NCBI GenBank assembly: GCA_963827235.1
Contig: CAWHAE010000020.1
Coordinates: forward strand, 128,001-192,000
DNA length: 64,000 nt
Origin: an uncultured bacterium
GTDB lineage: Bacteria; Chloroflexota; UBA5177; JANWHV01
Reading direction: 5' to 3'
The position numbers and the translations under genes are program-made. Each line of letters opens with the position of its first letter. Positions within the stretch are counted from its first letter, which is position 1. Of the stretch, positions 9,006 through 19,786 are shown in pieces. The notes under the pieces were generated by a model that was given only the letters and a program-made list of their open reading frames with translations, made no database searches and was not told the origin of the DNA.

Positions 9006-10802
9006 GTGATGAGGCAGGATACGTTCCGTCCCATGGCCTGGGGCAGCGTTCGGTTGTTGCCGGGCGAGCTGAAGCGCAGGGCGGAGCTCAATCGCGCGTA
9101 CATGCTCAGCTTGAAGAGCGACAATCTGCTGCAGAACTACTACATGGAGGCCGGTCTCTGGAACCCGAGGCTGGAGCCCCATGGCTGCCATTGGGGATGG
9201 GAGTCTCCTACCTGCCAATTGCGCGGACACTTCCTCGGGCACTGGCTGTCGGCCGCCGCGAAGCGCTATGCCGCCACGGGCGACGTGGAGATCAAGGGTA
9301 AGGCGGACCACATAGTTGCCGAATTGGCGCGCTGCCAGAAGGAGAACGGCGGCGAATGGGCCGGGCCGATCCCTGCCCAGTACCTCGAGTGGGTCGCGCG
9401 CGGCAAGGAAGTCTGGGCGCCGCACTACACACTGCACAAGACGCTGATGGGACTGTTCGAGATGTATGCGCTGGGCGGGAACGAGCAAGCGCTTGCCGTG
9501 ATCACGAGCTGGGCACAATGGTTCCATCGCTGGACAAGTGGCTTTTCGCGCCAGCAGCTGGACGACATCCTGGACGTCGAGACCGGCGGCATGCTCGAGG
9601 TGTGGGCCAATCTCTACGGCGTCACGGGCCGGCAGGAGCATCTTGACCTGCTGCAGCGCTATGACCGGCCGCGCCTGTTCAACAGTCTGCTCGAGGGCGG
9701 GGATCCGCTCACCAACAAGCACGCGAACACGACGATCCCTGAAGCGCATGGCGCGGCGCGCGCGTGGGAAGTGACCGGCGACGATCGCTGGCGTGCCATC
9801 GTGGAGGCGTACTGGCACTGCGCCGTGGAGGAGCGAGGATCATACTGTACCGGCGGCCAGACCAACGGTGAGGTCTGGTCGGCTCCCCACGAGCTGGCCG
9901 CGCGGCTTGGCGACAAGACGCAAGAACATTGCGTAGTGTATAACATGATGCGCCTCGCGGACTGGCTGCTGCGCTGGACGGGCGACGCTTCATACGGAGA
10001 CTACTGGGAGCGCAATCTCTATAACGGCATCCTGGCTCAGCAGAACGCGCACACGGGCATGGTCGCGTACTTCCTCCCGCTGCAGGCTGGCTCCGCCAAG
10101 CAATGGGGAACGCCGACCGACGACTTCTGGTGTTGCCAGGGCACGCTCACCGAAGCCCACACGGTCAACGAGCGCAGCATCTATTTCGAGGACGACCTCG
10201 GCTTGATTGTCAGCCAGCTGCTGCCAAGCGAGCTAGCGTGGCAGCACGACGGCGCCGAGGTCAGGATCCGCCAAACCGTCAATCAGCAGTTGGGCGACGC
10301 GCGGCGGCCGCGCTCGCTGGCCTTCGACCTGACCGTCTCCTGTGCCCGGCCGGCTGACTTCACACTGAAGATCCGCCTGCCCTGGTGGTTGCAGGGCGAT
10401 GCCGAGATCACCGTCAACGGAGTGCCGGAGCGTGGCCCCTTCACTCCCTCGAGCTTCTATGCTATCCGCCGCTCGTGGGACGAGGCACGCGTCTCGGTTA
10501 CGCTGCCAAAGAGCCTGACCTGCGAGCCTCTGCCGGACGATCCGTCGCGCGTGGCATTCATGGATGGCCCGGTGGTGCTGGCAGGTCTTTGTGACGGAGA
10601 GTACAAACTGCGGGGCAATCGGGACCGTGCTGAGACCATGCTGGCGCCTCACAACGAGCGGGAGTGGGCCGACTGGAAGGCCGGCTATCGGAGCGTCGGT
10701 CAGCGAGTCAACCTCCGCTTCCTGCCCTTGCACGAGGTAGTCGACCAGCCGTACACGGTCTACTTTCCCGTCGGATCCTCGCACCGGCCTGAAGGAGAAT
10801 AG
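9006..10802 (+). CDS. Beta-L-arabinofuranosidase-like glycoside hydrolase (GH146/GH127, DUF1680)
   Basis: WGWE...LRGHFLGH, KHANTTIP, QEHCVVYNM, FWCCQGT; these motifs look closer to GH146. Confidence 0.85.
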   Translation: MMRQDTFRPMAWGSVRLLPGELKRRAELNRAYMLSLKSDNLLQNYYMEAGLWNPRLEPHGCHWGWESPTCQLRGHFLGHWLSAAAKRYAATGDVEIKGKADHIVAELARCQKENGGEWAGPIPAQYLEWVARGKEVWAPHYTLHKTLMGLFEMYALGGNEQALAVITSWAQWFHRWTSGFSRQQLDDILDVETGGMLEVWANLYGVTGRQEHLDLLQRYDRPRLFNSLLEGGDPLTNKHANTTIPEAHGAARAWEVTGDDRWRAIVEAYWHCAVEERGSYCTGGQTNGEVWSAPHELAARLGDKTQEHCVVYNMMRLADWLLRWTGDASYGDYWERNLYNGILAQQNAHTGMVAYFLPLQAGSAKQWGTPTDDFWCCQGTLTEAHTVNERSIYFEDDLGLIVSQLLPSELAWQHDGAEVRIRQTVNQQLGDARRPRSLAFDLTVSCARPADFTLKIRLPWWLQGDAEITVNGVPERGPFTPSSFYAIRRSWDEARVSVTLPKSLTCEPLPDDPSRVAFMDGPVVLAGLCDGEYKLRGNRDRAETMLAPHNEREWADWKAGYRSVGQRVNLRFLPLHEVVDQPYTVYFPVGSSHRPEGE

Positions 10803-10877
10803 GGTCCGGCAGGACGGGCCGCCGGCGCGGCAACTGACCGCATAGCCGGCCATGTCTGCCGCGTCGCGCCGTCCGAT

Positions 10878-13400
10878 ATGACGTCGAGGAGGCACGTGGG
10901 AAAGGGAACTGGCGAAGGTGCGCACTCGATCGCCGCACGGCAGGTTCGCGTTGTAGCGGATAGCGGGCGCTTCGAGGTCGCTACGTCGGCTCGGCGGTTC
11001 GCTCTGACCCTCTGCACGCCGAACATTGCGCACCTGCGACTGCTGAGCGATGGCGAAGCTGCCGCGCGCACGTATGTCGTGCGGGAACCGCACGACTGGC
11101 CGCGGCCCGACGCGAGCCTGGGCACGGCCGCAGGTCAGGTATTGCCGGAGGCCGGTACTGCAGGGCAGCCTGGCGGTAAGAATCAGCCTGCCGCGGTAAT
11201 CTCGATCGACGCCGGAAGCCTGCGCGTGGAGACTCGCACCGATCCGGCGACTCTGGTGTTCGCGAATGGACGGGGCGATCCTCTGCTGAGGGTGGCGCTG
11301 GAGGATGGGGTGAGAGTCGAAACCCTCGTCGACAGCGCGCCCGAGGAGGGCCCAGTGCCGGAAGGCGGGACCGGCGGCCCGGTGAGGGCGCGCAGGCGCC
11401 TCACCGTGGTGCTCCAGCTGCTGGGCCAACAGCACTTCTACGGCCTTGGCGAAGGTGGCAAACAGTTTGATCGCCTCGGCGACAACCGGCGCTTGTGGAA
11501 CAATCACATCGGTCACGGACCGGGCTCGGATATCGCCGTGCCTCTGCTGCTGTCGAATCGCGGCTACGGGCTCTTCTTCGACAGTGCGTTCGAGTCCTGC
11601 CTGACCCTGGACGGCACCGAGCGCTCGACCCAGATAACGTATACGACCGAAGGCGGGCAGCTCGACTGCTACTTCCTGTTTGGCGGCGATCTGCGCGGCA
11701 CGATGAAGCAGGTCGCCGAGCTTCTCGGCAGCGCCCCGATGCCGCCGCGCTGGTCGCTCGGGTACCTGCAGTCCACGCGCCACTTCGACGACGCTGCCGA
11801 GCTGTCGCGGCTGCCGCGACTCATTCGAGAGAAGCGCATTCCTTGCGACGGAGTCATCCTCCTTTCCACGTATGGCGATGCGCTGGGATGGAATCGAGGT
11901 GTCGGCCACCTTGAGTTCCAGCCCGGCCTCTTTCCCGATCCCGCGGCCGTGCTGGCCGAGTACAGTGCGCAGGGGTTCAGGGTCGTCACTCACGAGTATC
12001 CTGTGCTGCATGACCAATCGCCCCTCTGGGCGGAGGCAGAACGGCGCGGCTTTCTCCTCGACGACGGCTACGACCGGCTATCGTCCGGCGAGCATCCGAG
12101 CACCGAGTTTCATGAGGGCCAGCGCTACATGGACTTTTCCGACGCCGAGGCTCGCCGGTGGTGGTGGGCGCATCACCGAGTCCTGGCTCAGATCGGGGTC
12201 GCCGGCTGGTGGCTTGACGGAGGAGAGGGACCGGCACCGTCGATCGAGGCCGCGGACCGCACGGGAGTGCCCGTACACAATACTTTCGACCGCGACCGCC
12301 AGCGGGCTTTCGCGGAGGGCGAGGTGCAGGATTACCCGGATCGACGCGCCTTTCTTCTGTGCCGTTCCGGGGCGGCGGGAATGCAGCAATACGGTGCCGC
12401 GTGCTGGTCGGGCGACGTGGGCAATACATTTCCCGTGCTCGAAGCGCAGATTCCGCTTGGGCTCAACACGGCCATGTCGGGCATCCCCTACTGGGGCACC
12501 GACATCGGCGGCTTCTTCCACCCCGTGCCCGAGAGCGCCGAGCTCTATGTGCGCTGGTTCCAGTTTGGCGCTTTCTGTCCGGTGTTCCGCTCTCACGGCT
12601 GGGTGTGGCGGGAGCATGTTCCCTGGGCTCATGGGCCCGAGGTGGAAGAGATATGCCGGCGGTACGTCGAGCTGCGGTACCGGCTAATGCCGTACACCTA
12701 CAGTCTGGCCCGGCAGGCGCACACCCTCGGCATCCCTCTGATGCGCCCGCTGGTACTGAATTACCCGGACGATCCGCGGGTTTGGGACCTGGGCAGCGAG
12801 TATCTTTGGGGCGACGATCTGCTCGTGGCGCCGGTCACGCGCGCCGGCGTAACATCCTGGTCGGCCTATCTGCCGGAGGGTGGCTGGCACGATTTCTGGA
12901 CTCAGGAACGCCACGCCGGTGCGTGCGGTGTCTCCGTCGACGCGCCGCTCGACAGGCTGCCGCTCTTCGCACGGGCGGGGGCGATCCTACCCCTCGCGCC
13001 GCCGATGCAGTTCGACGGCGAACTGCCTTGGGACGTCATCACGATGCTCATCTATCCGCAAGGCCACTCGACCTTCGAGCTATACGAGGACGACGGCACG
13101 AGCAGCCGCTATCGAGAAGGGCGCTATGCGCTCACCGCCATAGCTTGTGATTGCCGGCCGGGCACGATCGACGTTCGGATTGGCGATCCCGTGGGCGACG
13201 CTGCGGTGTTGCCGGGCAACCGGACGTACGTGCTTCAGCTCCGGACGGACATGCCGCGTCGGGTCCGCCTGAATGGCCGCGAGCTCTCGCCTGTGCGCGA
13301 TCGGTCGGCAGCCGGCGACGCCTGCTTCTGGCACGATGGACTGCACTTTACATTTGTTCGGATGGGCTCGCCCGGAGGCACGGTCACATTGGAGTACTGA
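10878..13400 (+). CDS. GH31 glycosidase (alpha-glucosidase/xylosidase)
   Basis: YGLGE, PPRWSLGYLQS, WWLDGGE nucleophile, WSGDV, WGTDIGGF, LYEDDG. Confidence 0.9.
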   Translation: MTSRRHVGKGTGEGAHSIAARQVRVVADSGRFEVATSARRFALTLCTPNIAHLRLLSDGEAAARTYVVREPHDWPRPDASLGTAAGQVLPEAGTAGQPGGKNQPAAVISIDAGSLRVETRTDPATLVFANGRGDPLLRVALEDGVRVETLVDSAPEEGPVPEGGTGGPVRARRRLTVVLQLLGQQHFYGLGEGGKQFDRLGDNRRLWNNHIGHGPGSDIAVPLLLSNRGYGLFFDSAFESCLTLDGTERSTQITYTTEGGQLDCYFLFGGDLRGTMKQVAELLGSAPMPPRWSLGYLQSTRHFDDAAELSRLPRLIREKRIPCDGVILLSTYGDALGWNRGVGHLEFQPGLFPDPAAVLAEYSAQGFRVVTHEYPVLHDQSPLWAEAERRGFLLDDGYDRLSSGEHPSTEFHEGQRYMDFSDAEARRWWWAHHRVLAQIGVAGWWLDGGEGPAPSIEAADRTGVPVHNTFDRDRQRAFAEGEVQDYPDRRAFLLCRSGAAGMQQYGAACWSGDVGNTFPVLEAQIPLGLNTAMSGIPYWGTDIGGFFHPVPESAELYVRWFQFGAFCPVFRSHGWVWREHVPWAHGPEVEEICRRYVELRYRLMPYTYSLARQAHTLGIPLMRPLVLNYPDDPRVWDLGSEYLWGDDLLVAPVTRAGVTSWSAYLPEGGWHDFWTQERHAGACGVSVDAPLDRLPLFARAGAILPLAPPMQFDGELPWDVITMLIYPQGHSTFELYEDDGTSSRYREGRYALTAIACDCRPGTIDVRIGDPVGDAAVLPGNRTYVLQLRTDMPRRVRLNGRELSPVRDRSAAGDACFWHDGLHFTFVRMGSPGGTVTLEY

Positions 13401-13437
13401 GCCCTGGGCTGTTCGTAGTGAGGAAGAAGGTGGAGCA

Positions 13438-15426
13438 ATGGAGGCTTCGCAGCAAGGCAACGCCCTGGTGTGGCGGCGCAACCATGAGATCGTGCGCATC
13501 GAGCCGTGGGGTGCGGACAGCTTGCGCGTGCGCGCGACTATGGCGCCTGAGCTTCGCGGCGATCTGGTCGGCGCGCTGCTGGACAAGCCGTCGGAAGAAG
13601 CGGCAGTCGACGTCGCCGGGGAGTCTGCTACCATCCGGCACGGGGCAATCATGGCTGAGATCGGATCCAGCGGCTGTCTGCGATTCGTCAACATATTGAC
13701 GAACGCCGTGCTTCTCGAAGAGAAGCCGCCCGTGCCCGCCACGCGCATACCGCCTCGCCACTTTCGGGGCCTGCCCGGCGATATGTTCCATCTCGACGCG
13801 CGGTTTGTGGCCTACGAGGGCGAGCGCCTATACGGTCTGGGACAGCATCAACACGGCTTGCTGGATCAGAAGGGAGCCGTCGTCGAGCTGATTCAGCGCA
13901 ACACCGAGGTCTCCATTCCGTTCGTCATCTCCAGTCGAAACTATGGCTTTCTGTGGAATAATCCGGCAGTCGGCCGCGTCGAGCTCGCGACCAACGAGAC
14001 CCGCTGGGTTGCCGAGGCCACGCCCCAGCTCGACTATTGGATCACCGCCGGCAGTGGTCCCGCGGAGATCATGGAGCACTATGCCGATGTAACGGGCCAC
14101 GCGCCGGAGTTCCCGGAGTGGGCCGCGGGCTTCTGGCAATGCAAGCTTCGCTATCGCACGCAGGATGAGCTTCTCACGGTGGCCCGCGAGCACAAGCGGC
14201 GGGGGCTTCCCCTGTCGGTCATCGTGGCCGATTTCTTCCATTGGTCGCTGCAGGGCGACTGGAAATTCGACCCCAAGCTTTGGCCCGATCCGGCTGCGAT
14301 GGTACGCGAGCTGGCCGACATGGGAGTCGAGCTGATGGTGTCTGTATGGCCCTCGGTCAACGCCCTGAGCGAGAACTTCGATGCCATGCTCTCTCGCGGC
14401 CTCCTGCTGCGCACGGACCGCGGTATTCCCGTGCTGCACAACTTCAAGGACAACCGGCCCGAGGGTCCGGCCTACACGTACTACTACGACGCGACGAACC
14501 CGGAGGCGCGCCGGTTCATCTGGGAGCAGGTGCGCGAGCATTACTACCAGATCGGCATACGGGTGTTCTGGCTCGATGCCTGCGAGCCCGAAATGCATCC
14601 CATGGACGTGGATAACGTCCGCTTCCACGAAGGCCACGGCCTGGTGGTTGCCAATGCCTATCCTCTGCTGCACGAACGAGGGTTCTACGAGGGACTGCTC
14701 GAGGCCGGCGAGAAAACCGCCCTCAACCTCTGCCGGTCCGCCTGGGCGGGCAGCCAGCGCTATGGCGCGGCGGTGTGGTCCGGTGACATTAGCAGCACGT
14801 TTGAAGCCCTGCAGGCTCAGGTTCGCGCCGGCCTCAACGTCGGTCTGAGCGGCATCCCCTGGTGGACCACCGACATCGGCGGCTTCTACGGCGGAGATCC
14901 GGAGTCGCCTGCCTTCCGGGAGCTGCTGCTGCGATGGTTCCAGTACGCGGTGTTCTGCCCGCTGTTCCGTCTGCACGGGCATCGGAGCCTCAAGATTGAC
15001 GCGGACACGATGCTGTTCAGCGGTGGTCCGAATGAAGTCTGGTCCTTCGGCGACGAGGCCTACGAGATCATCAAGCGCTTGCTGTTCCTGCGCGAGCGGC
15101 TGCGCCCGTACGTCATGGCGCAGATGAAGGTGGCACAGGAGAAGGGCATTCCGCCTATGCGGCCGCTGTTCTTCGACTACCCGCACGACGCGGCGTGCGC
15201 ACGGGTGGACGATCAGTTCCTGTTCGGTCCCGATATACTGGTCGCCCCGGTATTGCACGCCGGGGAGCGGGGCCGAGACGTCTACCTGCCGGGGGGCGCG
15301 TCGTGGACCGACGCCTGGACCGGCGAAAGCCTTACCGGGGGGCAGCGTATCCATGCCGAGGCTCCGCTCGATCGCATTCCGGTGTATCTGCGCGGCGGGG
15401 CTCTCAAGTCGTTGTTTCGGCCGTGA
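13438..15426 (+). CDS. GH31 glycosidase (alpha-xylosidase-like)
   Basis: GFWQCKLRY, FWLDACEPE, WSGDI, WTTDIGGF, FRLHG. Start set at MEASQQ (13438) after a purine-rich RBS. Confidence 0.9.
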   Translation: MEASQQGNALVWRRNHEIVRIEPWGADSLRVRATMAPELRGDLVGALLDKPSEEAAVDVAGESATIRHGAIMAEIGSSGCLRFVNILTNAVLLEEKPPVPATRIPPRHFRGLPGDMFHLDARFVAYEGERLYGLGQHQHGLLDQKGAVVELIQRNTEVSIPFVISSRNYGFLWNNPAVGRVELATNETRWVAEATPQLDYWITAGSGPAEIMEHYADVTGHAPEFPEWAAGFWQCKLRYRTQDELLTVAREHKRRGLPLSVIVADFFHWSLQGDWKFDPKLWPDPAAMVRELADMGVELMVSVWPSVNALSENFDAMLSRGLLLRTDRGIPVLHNFKDNRPEGPAYTYYYDATNPEARRFIWEQVREHYYQIGIRVFWLDACEPEMHPMDVDNVRFHEGHGLVVANAYPLLHERGFYEGLLEAGEKTALNLCRSAWAGSQRYGAAVWSGDISSTFEALQAQVRAGLNVGLSGIPWWTTDIGGFYGGDPESPAFRELLLRWFQYAVFCPLFRLHGHRSLKIDADTMLFSGGPNEVWSFGDEAYEIIKRLLFLRERLRPYVMAQMKVAQEKGIPPMRPLFFDYPHDAACARVDDQFLFGPDILVAPVLHAGERGRDVYLPGGASWTDAWTGESLTGGQRIHAEAPLDRIPVYLRGGALKSLFRP

Positions 15427-15609
15427 CAGGGCTCCGGCCGCCCTGTCTGGCGTGGGGAGAGGGCGGCATCCAGCCATAGCGCCCCGTAGCAGGGCAGAAA
15501 CCCGTCACAGGTAGCGACCGGACCGCCGAGCAAGCGCGCGTGGAATCGGGCCGGCAGGCACATGGGCGGCACTGCCGGCCCGTCCAGGAAACGGCCGAGG
15601 ACCGGGAGC

Positions 15610-17526
15610 TCACACCCCTTCTGCGCCTGCCTCCGCGACCGAAGCAAGGACACCATCGTTGGACTCGGCACGTCGGCAGCCGGCGAGCGCCATGAGCGGG
15701 AACAGATGGCGATACAGGTGATAGTTGATGTAGAAGTCGCGCGGGAAGCCGGTTCCCGTGAAGTGCGGCTCGTCCCACGTACCGTCTACCTGCCGATCTC
15801 TCAGAAACGCCGCACCGCGCGCGCAGGCCGTGTGCTCGCCAAGTCCCGCCGCCTGCAGTGTCAGGATGGCCCACGCCGTTTGCGATGCAGTGCTGGCTCC
15901 GACTCCCGCGAACGAGGCATCGTCGTACGACCGGCAGGTCTCGCCCCATCCGCCGTCGTCGTTCTGCCGCGACAGGATCCACGTCGCGCCGCGGTCGATC
16001 ATCCGCCGCACCCGGGCTCGCCCTGCGGCCGGGCAACCCGCGTCGCGCAGGGCGGCAAGAGCGGTCACCACGCACCACGTACCGTAGATGTAGTTGACGC
16101 CCCAGCGGCCGAACCAGGATCCGTCGGCGCGCTGACTCCGGGCGAGATAGTTGAGCCCGCGCCGCACGATGGCATCGCGGTCCGGAGCTGAGACATGGGC
16201 GAGCATCTCGAGCACGTGCGCAGTCACATCTTCGCTCGGCGGGTCCAGCAGGGCTCCGAAGTCCGCGAAGGGCAGGCGGTACACCACGTTGCGCGTGTTG
16301 TCCTTGTCGAACGCGCCCCAGGCACCGTTCTTCGAGCGCATAGCCAGCGTCCAGGTCACCGCCTGCCTCACGGCCGCTGCCAGGTCGTTGCCGCCGCCGG
16401 CCGCTAGCAGGGCTACCACCACGACTGCAGTATCGTCGATATCCGGGTAGGTGTCGTTCTCGAACTCGAAGGCCCAGCCGCCGCAGGCGACCTTGCCGGC
16501 ACGGACCTGCCAGTCGCCACCGCTTTGAATCTGCTCGGCCAGTGTCCACTCCACGGCTCGCCGAACACTCGGGTGCTCCGGCGCCACGCCGGCGCGCCTG
16601 AGGGCCAGAATCGCCCATGCCGTGTCCCAAACCGGAGACATGCATGCTTGCAGGCGCCACCCCTCGCCGCCCTCGACGGCGAATCCATGAAGACCTTCGA
16701 TGCCCTTCCGCATGACCGGATGTTCGACGCTCATGCCTTCGAGGCTCAGGGCAATAAGCGAGTAGACCCAGGGCGGCTGAATGCCGCCCCATCCCCCGTC
16801 CGCCTCCTGGTGTGCGACGATCCAGCGTACGATCGACGCCCTAGCCCGGTCTCGACCGGGATGCCACGGCAGACGCTCGTAGACCTTCAGCCCTTTGTCC
16901 AGCCACCAGAAGAAGCCCGATCCGGGCACGCGCCTCAGCAACGGCTCGGAGCCGGGCACGACCAGCTCCTGGAGCGTGCAGCCCAGGGGACGAACCGGCC
17001 TGCGCGAGATGACGATCAGCAAGGGCGCGATCGTGCCGCGGGCCCAGCTTGCGAAGTCGTAGAGGTTAAAGGGCACGCTAGGCGGGAAGAAGACGAGCTC
17101 CGGCGGCATAGTGGGAACGCCGTCCCAGGGGTATTCGCCGAACATGGCAAGCCAGATCTTGGTGAACACGCGCGCTCGTGCGGCGCCGCCCAGCTTGACG
17201 ATCACAGCCAGTCCTCGCCGCATGGGCTCTGTATCGGGGTCCACGCCGAGCACTTTGAGCGCGGCGTACGCCTCGATTGTCGTGCTCACATCCGCCGGAC
17301 CTTGATAGTAGAGACTCCAGGAGCCGTCGTCGCGCTGGCATCTGAGGATGTGCCGGATAGCACCCTCTCGCACGCGCTCGCGCTCGACATCCAGGCCAAG
17401 AAAGCAGAGAAGGAGTACATGCTCTGCCGTCATGGTCACGTTTGTTTCCAGCTCGCCGCACCACCAACCTGCGGGGTCCTGCCTTTCCAACAACCAGTCA
17501 ACAGCCTGCCGGCATGCCGGGTCCAC
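15610..17526 (-). CDS. shc: Squalene-hopene cyclase
   Basis: DIDDTA (DXDDTA) catalytic motif; QW repeats (QRDDGSW, QEADGGW, QRADGSW, QNDDGGW); SPVWDTA, GRWGVNYIYG, GTGFPRDFYINYHLY. Start GTG 17526 after AGGAGA. Confidence 0.96.
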   Translation of the reverse strand: MDPACRQAVDWLLERQDPAGWWCGELETNVTMTAEHVLLLCFLGLDVERERVREGAIRHILRCQRDDGSWSLYYQGPADVSTTIEAYAALKVLGVDPDTEPMRRGLAVIVKLGGAARARVFTKIWLAMFGEYPWDGVPTMPPELVFFPPSVPFNLYDFASWARGTIAPLLIVISRRPVRPLGCTLQELVVPGSEPLLRRVPGSGFFWWLDKGLKVYERLPWHPGRDRARASIVRWIVAHQEADGGWGGIQPPWVYSLIALSLEGMSVEHPVMRKGIEGLHGFAVEGGEGWRLQACMSPVWDTAWAILALRRAGVAPEHPSVRRAVEWTLAEQIQSGGDWQVRAGKVACGGWAFEFENDTYPDIDDTAVVVVALLAAGGGNDLAAAVRQAVTWTLAMRSKNGAWGAFDKDNTRNVVYRLPFADFGALLDPPSEDVTAHVLEMLAHVSAPDRDAIVRRGLNYLARSQRADGSWFGRWGVNYIYGTWCVVTALAALRDAGCPAAGRARVRRMIDRGATWILSRQNDDGGWGETCRSYDDASFAGVGASTASQTAWAILTLQAAGLGEHTACARGAAFLRDRQVDGTWDEPHFTGTGFPRDFYINYHLYRHLFPLMALAGCRRAESNDGVLASVAEAGAEGV

Positions 17527-17614
17527 GCCATTTCTCCTCTCTTGACCGCCCTTACTGGATAATACTGTATACTTGCACCCAACAAATACTTGATACGCAT
17601 GAGGTCTTGGCCAG

Positions 17615-18649
17615 ATGGCACTTACAATGCGGCAGAACCTCTTGGTCGGTCGGTACATCATCCAGCAGCGGCTTCGTGGTCGCACGAAGTACCCGCTGGT
17701 GCTCGAGCTGGAGCCCCTATACCAGTGCAATCTGGCCTGTGCCGGCTGCGGCAAGATCCAGCACCCCGACGACGTGCTGGCGCGGCGACTCTCCGTGCAG
17801 CAGTGCATCGACGCCGTGGAGGAATGTGGCGCTCCTATCGTGTCGATTGCCGGAGGCGAGCCACTCGTGCATCGGGAGATCGGTGCCATAGCGGAGGCAC
17901 TGGTCGCTCGCCACAAGCTCGTCATTCTGTGCACCAACGCCCTGCTGATGCTCAAGAAGCTCGATCAGTTCACACCGTCGCCCTATTTCAGCTGGATGGT
18001 GCACATCGACGGGCTGCGTGAGCGCCACGACCAGTCGGTGTCGAGGTCCGGCGTGTTCGACAAGGCCGTCGAGGCAATTCGAGAAGCGAAGCGGCGGGGC
18101 TTCCGCGTGTGCACCAACACGACGTTCTACTCCCAGGACGACCCAGCCACCATACGAGCGGTGCTGGACTTCCTCAACGACGATCTGCACGTGGATTCCA
18201 TGCAGATTTCTCCCGGCTACGCCTACGAGAAGGCTCCCGACCAGGACCACTTTCTCGGCGTGAAGCGTACGCGGCAGATATTCCGCAGGGCGTTTGCCGG
18301 CGGTCGGCGTTCCAGGTGGCGGCTCAACCACTCGCCTCTGTTCCTCGATTTCCTGGAGGGCAAAGTCGATTTTCAGTGCACTGCCTGGGGAGTGCCCAGC
18401 TATTCCATCTTCGGCTGGCAGCGTCCCTGCTATCTGATGGCCGACGGGTATGCAAAAAGCTACAAAGAGTTGATCGAGACAACGGAGTGGGAGCACTATG
18501 GTCGCGGCAGGGATCCGCGCTGCGAGAACTGCATGGCTCACTGCGGGTACGAGCCGTCGGCAGTGATGGCGACAGTGCGCTCGCCGTACCAGTCGGCGCG
18601 TGCCGGGGTGGACGTGCTTCTTGGTAGCGTCAAGTCGTTGCGGTCTTGA
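17615..18649 (+). CDS. hpnH: Adenosyl-hopene transferase, radical SAM
   Basis: YPLVLELEPLYQCNLACAGCGKI (CxxxCxxC), SIAGGEP, SPGYAYE, CENCMAHCGYE; divergent from shc. Confidence 0.93.
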   Translation: MALTMRQNLLVGRYIIQQRLRGRTKYPLVLELEPLYQCNLACAGCGKIQHPDDVLARRLSVQQCIDAVEECGAPIVSIAGGEPLVHREIGAIAEALVARHKLVILCTNALLMLKKLDQFTPSPYFSWMVHIDGLRERHDQSVSRSGVFDKAVEAIREAKRRGFRVCTNTTFYSQDDPATIRAVLDFLNDDLHVDSMQISPGYAYEKAPDQDHFLGVKRTRQIFRRAFAGGRRSRWRLNHSPLFLDFLEGKVDFQCTAWGVPSYSIFGWQRPCYLMADGYAKSYKELIETTEWEHYGRGRDPRCENCMAHCGYEPSAVMATVRSPYQSARAGVDVLLGSVKSLRS

Positions 18650-18682
18650 GCAGCAGGTGACAGTGGCCTGATCGGGGGAGAG

Positions 18683-19666
18683 ATGGCACAGCAGGACGAT
18701 GTGTTCCTGACCGGAGCGAGCGGCTTCGTCGGCAGTCACGTCCTGCGGTCGCTGTTGTCTGCCGGATACCGCGTACGGGCCCTGGTACGGCCCACCTCCC
18801 GCCCACTCACGCCCGTGGATGGCTGCACGCCCGTGATCGGCGACCTGGCGGAGTCCGGCGGTCTGGTCGCGGCGCTGCGGGGCTGCCGATACCTCGTGCA
18901 TGTGGCGGCCCTCTATTCCTTCTCGCCTGCCTCCCGGGGTGAGATCTGGTCCACGAATGTGCGCGGCTGCGGCGGGCTGATGGAAGCTGCCGCTCTGGCC
19001 GGTGTCGAGCGCGCCGTCGTTACCTCCAGCTCGGCCACCGTTGGTCACGCACGCGGCACGAAGCCTGCCACCGAGAACGATCGTGCGTGGGATGCGGGAT
19101 CGTCGACCTACCATGCCTCCAAGTGCGAGCAGGAACGCGTGGCCCTGGCGTCGCGCCTGCCGGCGGTGCTGGTGCTGCCGACGGCGCCGGTGGGACCCGG
19201 GGACTGGAAGCCGACTCCCACGGGCAAGATAATCGTGGACTTCATGCGTGGGCGCATGGTCGGCACCCTGGGCGGCGGCATGAACCTCGTGGCGGTCGAG
19301 GATGTCGCCGCGGCCCACCTTGCGGCCCTCGAACGCGGTCGCAGCGGTGAGCGCTACCTGATCGGGGGCGAGAATCTGAGCCTGGTCCAGATCTGGGAGA
19401 TGCTGGCTTCGATCTGCCGTCTGCGGGCGCGCACGGCCCGGGTGCCTTACGGCCTGGCGCTTGCGCTTGGGTGGTTCGAGGAGGCCCGCTTGCGCCTCGT
19501 TGGCGGTGGGGCGCCGCTGGTGCCTTTGGAAGGCGTACGAATGGCACGGTACAACATGTTCGTGGACGACACGAAGGCGAGGGTGACGCTGGGCCACCGG
19601 GCGACAGCAGTGCGGGCTGCTCTTGAGCGGGCGGTTGCCTGGTATTCCGACCACGATTACTGCTGA
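18683..19666 (+). CDS. hpnA: Hopanoid-associated NAD-dependent epimerase/dehydratase
   Basis: TGASGFVG, HVAALY, YHASK, PTAPVGPGDWKPTPTG; cluster context. Confidence 0.82.
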   Translation: MAQQDDVFLTGASGFVGSHVLRSLLSAGYRVRALVRPTSRPLTPVDGCTPVIGDLAESGGLVAALRGCRYLVHVAALYSFSPASRGEIWSTNVRGCGGLMEAAALAGVERAVVTSSSATVGHARGTKPATENDRAWDAGSSTYHASKCEQERVALASRLPAVLVLPTAPVGPGDWKPTPTGKIIVDFMRGRMVGTLGGGMNLVAVEDVAAAHLAALERGRSGERYLIGGENLSLVQIWEMLASICRLRARTARVPYGLALALGWFEEARLRLVGGGAPLVPLEGVRMARYNMFVDDTKARVTLGHRATAVRAALERAVAWYSDHDYC

Positions 19667-19786
19667 TGAGCGCTCGGGGTTCCGGTGCATGGAAGGAGAG
19701 GTCGACCATGCTCGAGGTTCTGGCACAGTATTATCGCCGGTGCGGATCGGCTGTGGCGCGGGGCGCGTAGCGGTAAGCGCGAAGCA

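Noticed and set aside
17527-17955. 143-aa N-terminal extension of shc in the ORF track
   Set aside because: It overlaps hpnH on the opposite strand; RBS and homology support GTG 17526.
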